The translations under genes and the position numbers were made by a program. A model generated the notes under the pieces. It ran no database searches and was not told the DNA's origin. It saw only the letters and a list, made by a program, of their open reading frames with translations. 64,000 nt of DNA from an uncultured virus (IMG/VR IMGVR_UViG_3300021185_003889) (lineage: Duplodnaviria; Heunggongvirae; Uroviricota; Caudoviricetes), in the IMG/VR virus record IMGVR_UViG_3300021185_003889; one strand, written 5' to 3'. Shown here one piece after another: positions 27,430 through 36,517 of this stretch. How positions within the stretch are numbered: position 1 is the stretch's first letter; each line of letters starts with the position of its first letter.

Positions 27430-27464
27430 TTTGCCAGGTATTATAAAGCGTATAGGCAAACGCT
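27430..27464 (-). ncRNA. Candidate H-type pseudoknot in queC leader
   Basis: AGCG(U)/(A)CGCU stem; loop UUGCC complementary to downstream GGCAA. Confidence 0.45.
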
Positions 27465-27759
27465 ATTCTAAAATAGAAGTTAAGGATTCTTTTACAGATT
27501 CCCAACGATCTACATAACTTTTTAAATCGTAAGTTTTACCTTCTTCATTTAATATTTCTCTTGCAACTGATCTTAGTGCATTACCAAAGTTAGAAGGATA
27601 TCCTAGAGTCTTAATATACTCTGTATTGTTGTCTCCTTTTACTACTCTTTCATATACAGTATAACCTCCTGTTTGAGATCGAGTAATAAAGAATGGTTCC
27701 ATAACTGGGTCTTGTATAATTGTATCCGATGACGGAATACTGTCTGGGTTTCGTAACAT
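27463..27759 (-). CDS. Hypothetical phage protein
   Basis: 98-aa ORF. Confidence 0.7.
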   Translation of the reverse strand: MLRNPDSIPSSDTIIQDPVMEPFFITRSQTGGYTVYERVVKGDNNTEYIKTLGYPSNFGNALRSVAREILNEEGKTYDLKSYVDRWESVKESLTSILE

Positions 27760-28026
27760 TTATGATAAAATTAATTCAACTAATTCGTTTTTTCCTAATC
27801 TTCCGGCTTTTTTAATTTCAGAGCCGTCTTCTCTAATTAATACAGTAGTAGGTACTGATTCTACTTTGTACTTAGCAGCAAATCCACTAATATCTTTATC
27901 AATATCAATATTTATAACCTCAACTTGATCTTGATAATCAGGCATTACTTTATCCCAAGTTTTGCCATAAACTTTACATGGTCCGCACCATGTTGCATAA
28001 AATTTAATAATTTTTTTTGCTACCAT
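27760..28026 (-). CDS. Thioredoxin
   Basis: FYATWCGPCK, VESVPT. Confidence 0.93.
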   Translation of the reverse strand: MVAKKIIKFYATWCGPCKVYGKTWDKVMPDYQDQVEVINIDIDKDISGFAAKYKVESVPTTVLIREDGSEIKKAGRLGKNELVELILS

Positions 28027-28180
28027 AATGTTTGTTTACTTTGTTATAGTGATCTGATTTAGAAAACTTCTTACTCTTTCTAGGGTCGTCTTTTTTCATG
28101 TATTTATCTCTGTAGCTTTTTAACGTAGGGAGCCACTCCTTTAACTGAACATATCTTGCTTTCGCACTTATTTTTGACAT
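28004..28180 (-). CDS. Small basic protein (58 aa), not in ORF track
   Basis: MSKISAKARYVQLKEWLPTLK...; lies directly after a promoter. Confidence 0.55.
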   Translation of the reverse strand: MSKISAKARYVQLKEWLPTLKSYRDKYMKKDDPRKSKKFSKSDHYNKVNKHYGSKKNY

Positions 28181-28195
28181 ATATCTTATTTTATA

Positions 28196-28226
28196 TTAAT
28201 ATACGAAAAAATACTGAGATAGACAA
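28196..28226 (-). promoter_or_regulatory. Promoter for trx-queC unit
   Basis: TTG-N20-TATATTAA. Confidence 0.7.
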
Positions 28227-28763
28227 CTATTCATCTTTAAAATACGCATAAATTACGTCAGATCCGGTAAATGTTGTGTTAGTTAAGGTTAATGTGGGAG
28301 AAGTTGAAAAAGCATTACTTCTATCGTTAGAATAATACCAACCTTGAAATTGATCAGTAGGGTAGGTAGGTTCGTTTGCTTGTATTGAAGCATATGCATA
28401 ATCAACAAAGTTCACTGAAGCGGTAAATGAAGATGTGGTAGCTGCTACTACCGTGGGGTATGTCATTTCAATGCTACCTCCTTCGTCACTTCCTGAAGTA
28501 TAAAAAGTAAAGTATCTTGTATTAGGTGAATAAGCACTTGCGGTAACACTGGAAGTAGTTTCATTACAAACTCCTCCTGATACATAAGCCCAGAATGTGT
28601 TTACATCGTCATCTACTGCAAATGTTATACCCGATCCAGTTAAAAGTGATGCGGAGACACTAGCAGATATAAGATTACTACCAGTTATAGAAGTATGGTA
28701 TACATCTACAAACTCTATATCACCACCTAACGATGTAGTATTAAGTCTAATTACTTTTGCCAT
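28227..28763 (-). CDS. Ser/Thr-rich putative virion protein
   Basis: Beta-rich, C-terminal FQGWY..YAYF InlB-B-repeat-like motif, multiple TGS/SAS; TATTTATA upstream. Confidence 0.6.
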   Translation of the reverse strand: MAKVIRLNTTSLGGDIEFVDVYHTSITGSNLISASVSASLLTGSGITFAVDDDVNTFWAYVSGGVCNETTSSVTASAYSPNTRYFTFYTSGSDEGGSIEMTYPTVVAATTSSFTASVNFVDYAYASIQANEPTYPTDQFQGWYYSNDRSNAFSTSPTLTLTNTTFTGSDVIYAYFKDE

Positions 28764-28775
28764 ACTTATAAATAG

Positions 28776-30491
28776 TTATCCATCACAACTTAAACAATCA
28801 GTATCTGTTCTACTACCTATATCTCCGTTGATTACTGAGTCTGTTCTTAAATAATATAGTGTTTTTACTCCTAATCTCCAAGCTGTTTGATGAACTTCAT
28901 TAATAAACTTAGGACTATCTGTTGGATCAAAAGCTAAATTAAGTGACTGTGTTTGATCTATATATTTCTGCCTCGCTGCTGCTTGTTCTACTAACTTTAG
29001 TTGGTTAATTTCAGCAAATGTTAAAAATATAGGTTTATCTTCAGCTGGCATTACATCTTCTGGTAAATTAGCTATAGAACCTCTATCTTTCATTATCTGG
29101 TCCCAAACTTCTTCGGTATTTGCTCCTTTTTCTTCTAAGTAAGTAACTAATGCAGGGTTTTTTCTAATAAATGTACCTTTTGCTGAATTAAATGTATAAA
29201 CATTAGCTGGTACTGGTTCAATACCTGCTGAAACTCCTCCAGATATAGTACTATTTGATACTGTAGGGGCAATTGCTAGTAGGTGACTGTTTCTCATTCC
29301 AGTCCCTCTACACCAAACAGGCTCTCCATACTCGTCAGCAAGTTGCCTTGATGCTGCTTCAGCCTTAGTTCTTATATCTGAAAATATTTGATGAGTTAAT
29401 GAAGTAGCTGCAATAGAAGCAAATGGTAATCTTTCATTCTGTAAGAATGTATGCCATCCTAACACACCTAAACCGATTGCTCTACCTTTTTTAGCGGAAC
29501 GGTGAGCTCTTACGAGTGATTCCCTTCCAGAAGTTTTTGCTAAGAACTCTTCTAATACTCCATCTAAAAAATATATTGCGGTTTCTACTAGGTCCGTGTT
29601 TTTCCATTCATGCCATTTAGTAAGGTTGACAGATGACAAACAGCAAATGAAAGAATGCTCCTCATCTGTATGTAAAGTGATTTCTGAACAGATATTAGTC
29701 ATACTAACATCCAAGTTATTCTTTTTGTATGCAGGTGGATTAGCATTATTAACTGTATCCTTATACATAATATAAGGTTCTCCTGTCTCTACTCTAGATT
29801 TAAGTATTTTAACCCATAATTCCATTGCCTCAGCGTCTCTATGCTCTAGTTTTTGCATAAAGCTATCATCCACCACAACACATTGATGTAGGTTTAGACA
29901 CTGTCTATTAGGGTCTCCTTTAGGACGTCTAATTTCTAAGAATTCATGAATATCTGGATGGTTAATATCTAGATTTACTGATGCTGCACCTCTTCTAACT
30001 GCACCTTGATTAGTAGCAATAATAGTTGAGTCGTATATCTTAGCCCAAGGTACTATACCTTCTGACTGACCCATATCATCTTTACCTATTTTATTACCTC
30101 TACCTCTAACTTTAGATAACCCAATACCAACTCCTCCACCGAGAGAAGTCAGCCTCATTAACTCTGCGTTAGTAAGGCCGATTCCTCTAATTGAGTCTGG
30201 TGTATCTATACCAAAACAAGAGATGGGTAATCCTCTATCGGTTCCTGTATTCGACAACACAGGTGAGGCTAAGTTCAACCAACCTTTCCACATATAACGA
30301 AAAAACTTATTCGCTAAATCAGGTCGATCTAATCTGTCTGCAATTCTGTTAGCAACTCTTCTATATGCTAATTTTGGAGTTTCATCCGGTAGCAAATATC
30401 CTTTAGATATAGTAGCTATCGAAACTTCATTCATCCATTCTGGGTAATCTTTACCAGCTTCCCAGTTACTGGTGTCCATTATTATACTCAT
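28776..30491 (-). CDS. nrdA: Ribonucleotide reductase class Ia alpha subunit (no ATP cone)
   Basis: PISCF, TNICSEI, AIAPTVS, KTLYY, C-terminal CLSCDG. Confidence 0.95.
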   Translation of the reverse strand: MSIIMDTSNWEAGKDYPEWMNEVSIATISKGYLLPDETPKLAYRRVANRIADRLDRPDLANKFFRYMWKGWLNLASPVLSNTGTDRGLPISCFGIDTPDSIRGIGLTNAELMRLTSLGGGVGIGLSKVRGRGNKIGKDDMGQSEGIVPWAKIYDSTIIATNQGAVRRGAASVNLDINHPDIHEFLEIRRPKGDPNRQCLNLHQCVVVDDSFMQKLEHRDAEAMELWVKILKSRVETGEPYIMYKDTVNNANPPAYKKNNLDVSMTNICSEITLHTDEEHSFICCLSSVNLTKWHEWKNTDLVETAIYFLDGVLEEFLAKTSGRESLVRAHRSAKKGRAIGLGVLGWHTFLQNERLPFASIAATSLTHQIFSDIRTKAEAASRQLADEYGEPVWCRGTGMRNSHLLAIAPTVSNSTISGGVSAGIEPVPANVYTFNSAKGTFIRKNPALVTYLEEKGANTEEVWDQIMKDRGSIANLPEDVMPAEDKPIFLTFAEINQLKLVEQAAARQKYIDQTQSLNLAFDPTDSPKFINEVHQTAWRLGVKTLYYLRTDSVINGDIGSRTDTDCLSCDG

Positions 30492-30501
30492 AACCTTTAT
30501 A

Positions 30502-31479
30502 TTAAAATGCGTTTGACCAATCTAAATGTCCTTTACTATAGTTTGTTACTCTGCTAGCAAAGAAATCTGTTTGTTGTTTTCCAGCGATAACAGCATCAAA
30601 CCATTTCATAGTCTTTAATGCTCCTTTATCGATTTCTTCTGCAGGAATTATAGGACTTAATCCTAAATCTGCCATTTTAGTATTTACTCTATGACGAATA
30701 AAGTTTTTTAATTCGTCTTTAGTTAAGTTTTCAAGATCACCCATTTCAAATATCTTATCGATAAAATCAAACTCTAACTGTAATGCAGTTGCTGCTGCTT
30801 CATTTATATCAGTTATAAGTTCTGGAGTCTTAAATTCTGGATGTTCTTTCATAAGGGTTCTAAATAACCAACATCCTGCTTCAGAGTGAAGACTTTCGTC
30901 TCTTACAGACCACTCTACTATCTGTCCTACTCCTTTGAGTTTATTTCTCATCTTAAACGATAATAAAACTGCAAAAGAACTAAATAAATTTACACCTTCT
31001 GTAAATGCTGAGAATATAGCTAGTGATTTAGCTCTATCATGCCAGTTAGGTTCACCATTATGTCCGTCCCTAACATCCATTAAAGATTCTATTTTTGCCA
31101 TCGTAGCTTCATCTTCCATAAATTCAGCAAAGTTATCTAATCCTAACTGCTCATTTAATAAAGAGTAAGCTTCAGCATGAATCGTTTCAGAAGAACCTAA
31201 AGTTGTGCCCATCATAATTATTTCAGGTTTCCTAAACCACTTAGTTACGAGGGTTGACCAATAATCATTAACTACTGTTTCGGTCTGTGCGAAACCTTTC
31301 AATATACCTCCAACTACATTTTTTTCATGAGGCTTCATGTTAGACTTCCAGTCCGAAACGTCTTGCGCCATTGGTACTTCAGTATGTAGCCAATGTGCTT
31401 GTTGTTGTTTTAACCAGTAATCGTATGCTTTAGGGTATTCGAAGGGCTTGTACACAACTCTTTCTTCTAATAAACTCAT
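30502..31479 (-). CDS. nrdB: Ribonucleotide reductase class Ia beta subunit
   Basis: ETIHAEAYS, EGVNLFSSF, RDESLH, DFFASRVTNY. Confidence 0.95.
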   Translation of the reverse strand: MSLLEERVVYKPFEYPKAYDYWLKQQQAHWLHTEVPMAQDVSDWKSNMKPHEKNVVGGILKGFAQTETVVNDYWSTLVTKWFRKPEIIMMGTTLGSSETIHAEAYSLLNEQLGLDNFAEFMEDEATMAKIESLMDVRDGHNGEPNWHDRAKSLAIFSAFTEGVNLFSSFAVLLSFKMRNKLKGVGQIVEWSVRDESLHSEAGCWLFRTLMKEHPEFKTPELITDINEAAATALQLEFDFIDKIFEMGDLENLTKDELKNFIRHRVNTKMADLGLSPIIPAEEIDKGALKTMKWFDAVIAGKQQTDFFASRVTNYSKGHLDWSNAF

Positions 31480-31584
31480 ATATCTTTATATATTACTTAA
31501 AGTGTTAGACAAAAACAACCTCGATAGAAAGTCTTCGAGGCCGTGGTTATAAATAGAATATATATTCCACATTTTGCCAAAAAA

Positions 31585-32925
31585 TTACAATAATTTTTGC
31601 ATTTGTTCACGTGACAAAGTAAACTTAGGTGTACCATCGTCTTGAGGCATTAGATCAGCAGGGTCAGCTTTACCCTCGAACTCTATATGACCATTATTCG
31701 TGTCCATTTTTACGTTATAAGTCATACCGTCTTGACCATATCTATTTTTCATAACGTGTACTCTCCCGGTACCAAGTACCTTATCCTCTTTCTGTCTTGA
31801 AAGTGATAGACATATATCTGCTACCATCATTTTGTCGTAACTACCGGCTGCTTTATCACCTTCTATTACGTTGTCTTTAGCACCCATTCTATTTACCTGA
31901 GACGGTGTAAGAATAGGTATCTTTAAGTCTTTTGCTAATCCTTTAGTAGCTATAAATACATCATCTATTTCATCCTTACGTTCGGCAAACTTACCTTTAG
32001 ATGGTGCTCTAAGATAATCAACATAGTCAATTATAACTAAGTCAGGTTTATGATCCATATCCATACATTTTTGAATATGTGACTTTACAGTATTGACTGT
32101 AGCTCCTTTTGGAGGGTATTCTTTAACAATTAACCTACCTTCTAAACCATCTACGTATTTTTGGACTTCCTCACGGTGTTTATTAACCTCATCAATAGAG
32201 TACCCCGTAAAGTAGCAATCAAATCTTTTACCCACATAATCCTCTCCGAGCTCGAGCGTATAGTAATTAACTTTATAACCAAGCTTAACAGCATGAGCAG
32301 CAATAGCAACCATAGTCCACGACTTCCCGCCACCAGGATTACCAAAAACAATACCAAGGTCGCCAGGTCCAAATCCTCCTTGAATACCATCGTTAAGGAT
32401 AGGCCAAGGAGAAGGAATAGTAGGACGGTAATCAGTTCTATACCTAGTTTCAACATCTTTATTATATTCATGTCCCATGTTTTTATCCATACCAGCTTTC
32501 ATAGCCTTCTCTACCATGTTTCTAATACCGTCGAAGTCTCCTTCTTTAAGTAGATCAGCTGAATTAAGTATGGCGTTCTTCATTTCTTGATTTTTACAAA
32601 ATGTTTGAAACTCCTCTTGTACATAATCTAAATCATCTTGAGAAGCTTCATAAGAGTTTCTTAACTCTTCTTTTAACGCAACTTGAAGTACCTCATTTTC
32701 TACTTTTTGAAGTTCTACTTTAAGAACGTCCATAGTAATATTAGTATGATACTTATCGAAATAGTTTGTAATTTGGTCAATGATCCATTTATGAGAATCA
32801 GCATCAAAATAATGATCGTGTAAAACATCTCTTACATTAAGTAAGAATTTTTTATCCGTCAATAATGATCCTAAAACTTTTAGTTGGAACCCCTTCCCGT
32901 ACTGCTGTAAACTCTTTAATGTCAT
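31585..32925 (-). CDS. Replicative DnaB/T4 gp41-like helicase
   Basis: GNPGGGKS, YTLEL, IIDYVD, SQVNR, KNRYG. Confidence 0.93.
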   Translation of the reverse strand: MTLKSLQQYGKGFQLKVLGSLLTDKKFLLNVRDVLHDHYFDADSHKWIIDQITNYFDKYHTNITMDVLKVELQKVENEVLQVALKEELRNSYEASQDDLDYVQEEFQTFCKNQEMKNAILNSADLLKEGDFDGIRNMVEKAMKAGMDKNMGHEYNKDVETRYRTDYRPTIPSPWPILNDGIQGGFGPGDLGIVFGNPGGGKSWTMVAIAAHAVKLGYKVNYYTLELGEDYVGKRFDCYFTGYSIDEVNKHREEVQKYVDGLEGRLIVKEYPPKGATVNTVKSHIQKCMDMDHKPDLVIIDYVDYLRAPSKGKFAERKDEIDDVFIATKGLAKDLKIPILTPSQVNRMGAKDNVIEGDKAAGSYDKMMVADICLSLSRQKEDKVLGTGRVHVMKNRYGQDGMTYNVKMDTNNGHIEFEGKADPADLMPQDDGTPKFTLSREQMQKLL

Positions 32926-32939
32926 TTAAAACCTTTGTA

Positions 32940-32970
32940 TTAATATAATTACTTTTTCTCTAATAACCAA
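32940..32970 (-). promoter_or_regulatory. Promoter upstream of helicase
   Basis: TTG-N20-TATATTAA. Confidence 0.7.
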
Positions 32971-33371
32971 GAAGAACTTTGTATTTTATCTCCTAATCCG
33001 TCAATTAATTCAATCCCGTATTGTTCACACACCTGTCTTTCTGGAATGGTGTTATTGTTTTGATCTCCTCCATTTGCAAAAGCTAATTTGTAAGTTTCGT
33101 GAAATTTATTAAACATACATTTTATAGTTTCAATTTGAGTACTATCTGTATCAATTGAAATCCAAGCCATATCAACAACACTAAGTGACCTAATTATTCG
33201 AACTCTTTCTTGTTCATCTTGAAAGAACTTAGAACCTTTCATTTCTCTCTGTTTATCGTTATTGACGATTACTATAAGAGCGTCTCCTACCTCTTTAGCA
33301 TTCTCAAATAAATCTAAATGGCCTTTATGTAAGGGGTTGAAGTACCCGCTAACTATTATTGCTTTTTTCAT
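32949..33371 (-). CDS. Cytidylyltransferase-like protein
   Basis: SGYFNPLHKGH, FANGGD, KIQSSS. Confidence 0.88.
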   Translation of the reverse strand: MKKAIIVSGYFNPLHKGHLDLFENAKEVGDALIVIVNNDKQREMKGSKFFQDEQERVRIIRSLSVVDMAWISIDTDSTQIETIKCMFNKFHETYKLAFANGGDQNNNTIPERQVCEQYGIELIDGLGDKIQSSSWLLEKK

Positions 33372-33765
33372 AACTTTCTGATATTAACTTTTTGAACTTA
33401 GTTGTGCTCCATCCATGATCTCTATTAAGATAATGAATAGGTATTTTTAGATCATCTCCAGTAAAAGGTTTATTTATATAGTCATCACCTAAAAACCTTA
33501 AATCAAATTCTCCAACCTTTAATAAATCATATAACTGTTCTTCATATGTATATCTTACAACATCATCAATATATTTAATGCTTTCTAACATTTCCTTTCT
33601 CTCATCGGGTGAAAGTATAGGTTTAAGTTTATGAGGTCTTTCTATTGATGGGTCTGTATGTAAGAGTACGACTAAACAATCGCAATTCTCTCTCATTTCT
33701 TTGAACATCGCAATATAACCTGGATGTAGTACGTCGAAATTTCCTGCTATAACTCCTTTTAACAT
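33349..33765 (-). CDS. Cytidylyltransferase (TagD-like)
   Basis: GNFDVLHPGY, LGDDY, RDHGWSTT. Confidence 0.88.
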   Translation of the reverse strand: MLKGVIAGNFDVLHPGYIAMFKEMRENCDCLVVLLHTDPSIERPHKLKPILSPDERKEMLESIKYIDDVVRYTYEEQLYDLLKVGEFDLRFLGDDYINKPFTGDDLKIPIHYLNRDHGWSTTKFKKLISESYEKSNNS

Positions 33766-34073
33766 AATTCACATTCTGGTGCAAATAACACCCATAATAA
33801 AATTAATATTAGAACAAATAAACCGTATAACCATCTCTGCCATTTAGGTCTTTTATCCATATTAGCTTTTAGTTTTTTTCCTCTTTCTTCTACTTTCATC
33901 TTTCTTGATAGCCAATCCTCATATCTACCTACCCAATCAAATGGTGGCATTTTTAATAAACAGACTAGTAGTACTATCCACATCTCTGATTCTCCTTGGA
34001 AGATTAGATATATAGTTGGCACGATAACTATCCATCCCAACCATCTCTTTATAAAGTTTCTAAATTTATTCAT
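33759..34073 (-). CDS. Membrane protein
   Basis: Hydrophobic segments; terminal CELC. Confidence 0.65.
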   Translation of the reverse strand: MNKFRNFIKRWLGWIVIVPTIYLIFQGESEMWIVLLVCLLKMPPFDWVGRYEDWLSRKMKVEERGKKLKANMDKRPKWQRWLYGLFVLILILLWVLFAPECELC

Positions 34074-34431
34074 CTGTTTCTATTTTCCAAAATACTTGAA
34101 GTAATAAAATAATAGTAGCGAGTACTAATATTACTGCAGTTTTAATATTTATACCCTCTTTCATATGTAGATAAGTTAAAGCACTAAAGCTAAGAATACC
34201 GGTTGCAAAACCAAGTAATCTAGCAGGCCATAACTCTCCGTCAAATGCCTCTACTAAGTAAGTAGTACCGTAAATGTATCCTAGTCCTATAGGTGCACCC
34301 ATAACTAGTGCTATTAAAAAAGGATTCTCTTTAACCCAAGTATTCATAAACTGACCATTAGATTGGTACCATGAAAGTGTTTGAGCTACAGTAAAAATTA
34401 TTAATCCTAAAACTATTTTATTATATTGCAT
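34066..34431 (-). CDS. Four-TM membrane protein (start likely ATG 34431)
   Basis: Four hydrophobic helices, DMT/EamA-like size; TAATG coupling. Confidence 0.65.
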   Translation of the reverse strand: MQYNKIVLGLIIFTVAQTLSWYQSNGQFMNTWVKENPFLIALVMGAPIGLGYIYGTTYLVEAFDGELWPARLLGFATGILSFSALTYLHMKEGINIKTAVILVLATIILLLQVFWKIETDE

Positions 34432-35447
34432 TACTTTACTGTTGTAAGTGATCTGAAGTTCTCTAACCATCCTTCAGTATTTTTAGTTATTCCTTCTATT
34501 TTATCCTGATCCATTAAATGTAAGAATGCACCAGTTTGTAAGTCAGGTATTGTTTGTTTAAACACATCATTTACATATTGTTTTTCTTTATCGTCTAAAG
34601 ATGTTTCGTGCAAATCCATCAATTCGAAGTTCTGTTCGACTTTATCCCAACTGTGTATAATTTTAGCAAATATCTTCTTTCCATCTAACTTTTCCTCTGC
34701 TACTTTAAAAACATAATTAAGATCAGTTTTTTCGGTTAGTAATTTAGGGAACTCAGATACTATAGTCTTAATACCTAATCCCTTGACCCCTTGCAAATTG
34801 TCTGAGTTATCACCTAGTAAAGCTTTAACTACGTTGTAATTCTCTGGTAATACCTTTAGTTCATCGAATATATTATCCTTTGTAAAGGTCTTCTTTTTAA
34901 CTGGTGCATACACCTCTATTGTGTCATCAACTAGTTGCAAAAAATCTTTATCAGAAGAAACTATAGTGCATTTCTTAACATTAGAGTAAGAAGCTTTTTT
35001 AGCAATCCATGCCATAATATCATCTGCTTCTAATTTCTCCATTACCATTTGCTGAACTGGTAGACAGTCTAAATACTCTTGAGTTCTAAATAATTGTCCT
35101 ATTAATGCTTCTGTCTCTTCTTCTTTAGTATCATATAGCCCCCAATGGGTAATACGTGAAGTAGCTCTTTGAGCTTTATAATTAGGATTTATATTTTGCC
35201 TGTTACCAGAGCCTCCTTTACCGTCCCATACTATTATAACCCTAGTAGGATCAAATATCCTTGTTATATACCCCAAAGAGCGAAGGAACCCAACTAACCC
35301 ACCGATATGGGTACCAGTTGGATTCATCGCTTTTAAGAGTGAAAACGATCTAATCAACGTATTCATTCCGTCAACTAACATTATATGATCGTTTAACGCT
35401 CGGGGTGGGGTCTCTTTAAGATTATTGAGTATATTTTCGTAAGCCAC
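34431..35447 (-). CDS. 5'-3' exonuclease / flap endonuclease (T4 RNase H/PolI N-terminal-like)
   Basis: VDGMN, YKAQR, EADD, SSDKDFLQL, GDNSDNLQGVKGLGIKT. Confidence 0.93.
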   Translation of the reverse strand: MAYENILNNLKETPPRALNDHIMLVDGMNTLIRSFSLLKAMNPTGTHIGGLVGFLRSLGYITRIFDPTRVIIVWDGKGGSGNRQNINPNYKAQRATSRITHWGLYDTKEEETEALIGQLFRTQEYLDCLPVQQMVMEKLEADDIMAWIAKKASYSNVKKCTIVSSDKDFLQLVDDTIEVYAPVKKKTFTKDNIFDELKVLPENYNVVKALLGDNSDNLQGVKGLGIKTIVSEFPKLLTEKTDLNYVFKVAEEKLDGKKIFAKIIHSWDKVEQNFELMDLHETSLDDKEKQYVNDVFKQTIPDLQTGAFLHLMDQDKIEGITKNTEGWLENFRSLTTVK

Positions 35448-36517
35448 TAATCTAGTAAGTTAGGAGTTATAGTATCTTCTTCTAAATCTCCTTCTTCTAT
35501 AAGATCGAAATCTAAACTACCAACTAATTTCAACCAATGTTCTTTATGAGCATCTTTGTACCTATCGATTTCTCTCTTATCATCTGAGATAAAACCATGG
35601 GCAGTCATTACTACTCTACCTCTTGATTGTACTCCTCCGATATGATTTTTCTCTATCTGAACATTAGTACGTTTAGCAAACTCTACTTGCATACCGTTCT
35701 TGATAGCTTTAATTTTAGACGTACCTGGGTTAGTTATGTTACCGAAGGTAACTACTAATGTTGCATCATACCACATAGACATACCTCCTTTATTCTGTAG
35801 TTTAGGCATTCCCATAGGTGATTCAGGTTTTTGAGTCCATACTTTATTAATAGCCACCATTGTATTAGTATAAGAAGAGTTTTCCTTACGAGATAATAAT
35901 ATCTTTTGGTTTAGGTTATTACCAAATTGAGTAGACATAGCACCTGCATTCCATTCATTATTATTCTTATTAGAACGTACTGAAAGATCACAAGGTACTG
36001 AACCTATACTATCCCAGAAGAAACACATATCATAAGGTAGATTACCTTTAGCCTGCTCATCCATAAGATCAGCAATATATACTGCTACATCTTCGATAGT
36101 ATTTAACTGTCCCCTATCAGCATATAAGAAATGTCCTTCATAGTCAGTTACTATTCCGTTAGCATCTTTAACCTCCTCAAATTGTAATCCCATCTCTTTT
36201 GCATGTTCCCAAGACCATTTCATCTCAGTAACAATAAAGACTGGGAGAACACCCATTTTTTGGGCATTCACCGCAGCTTCTAGTAGGGCAGTTGTTTTAC
36301 CCGTATCACTATGTCCACGCAATAGAGTGATGTGTCCGGTTGGTATACCGGGTAAAGAAGTAATATCTTGAAAGGCTTGAGATAGTGGAATCCATCCTTG
36401 CTCTTTAAACTTCACAGAAGCATTAGAGAATCCTTTCTTCTTTTTAAAATTTCCTAAATTAAACGACTTGCGTACTGCAGCGGTCGCTTTTTCTTGTACT
36501 TCTTTTTTCTTAGCCAT
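35447..36517 (-). CDS. RecA/UvsX-like recombinase
   Basis: GHSDTGKTT, FFWDSIGS, GGMSMWYDA, KNH. Confidence 0.85.
   Translation of the reverse strand: MAKKKEVQEKATAAVRKSFNLGNFKKKKGFSNASVKFKEQGWIPLSQAFQDITSLPGIPTGHITLLRGHSDTGKTTALLEAAVNAQKMGVLPVFIVTEMKWSWEHAKEMGLQFEEVKDANGIVTDYEGHFLYADRGQLNTIEDVAVYIADLMDEQAKGNLPYDMCFFWDSIGSVPCDLSVRSNKNNNEWNAGAMSTQFGNNLNQKILLSRKENSSYTNTMVAINKVWTQKPESPMGMPKLQNKGGMSMWYDATLVVTFGNITNPGTSKIKAIKNGMQVEFAKRTNVQIEKNHIGGVQSRGRVVMTAHGFISDDKREIDRYKDAHKEHWLKLVGSLDFDLIEEGDLEEDTITPNLLD

Noticed and set aside
28776..36517. Introns or inteins in RNR, helicase, RecA; stop-codon reassignment
   Set aside because: Proteins are of normal or compact length with contiguous motifs, and TAA, TAG and TGA all end genes at sensible positions.
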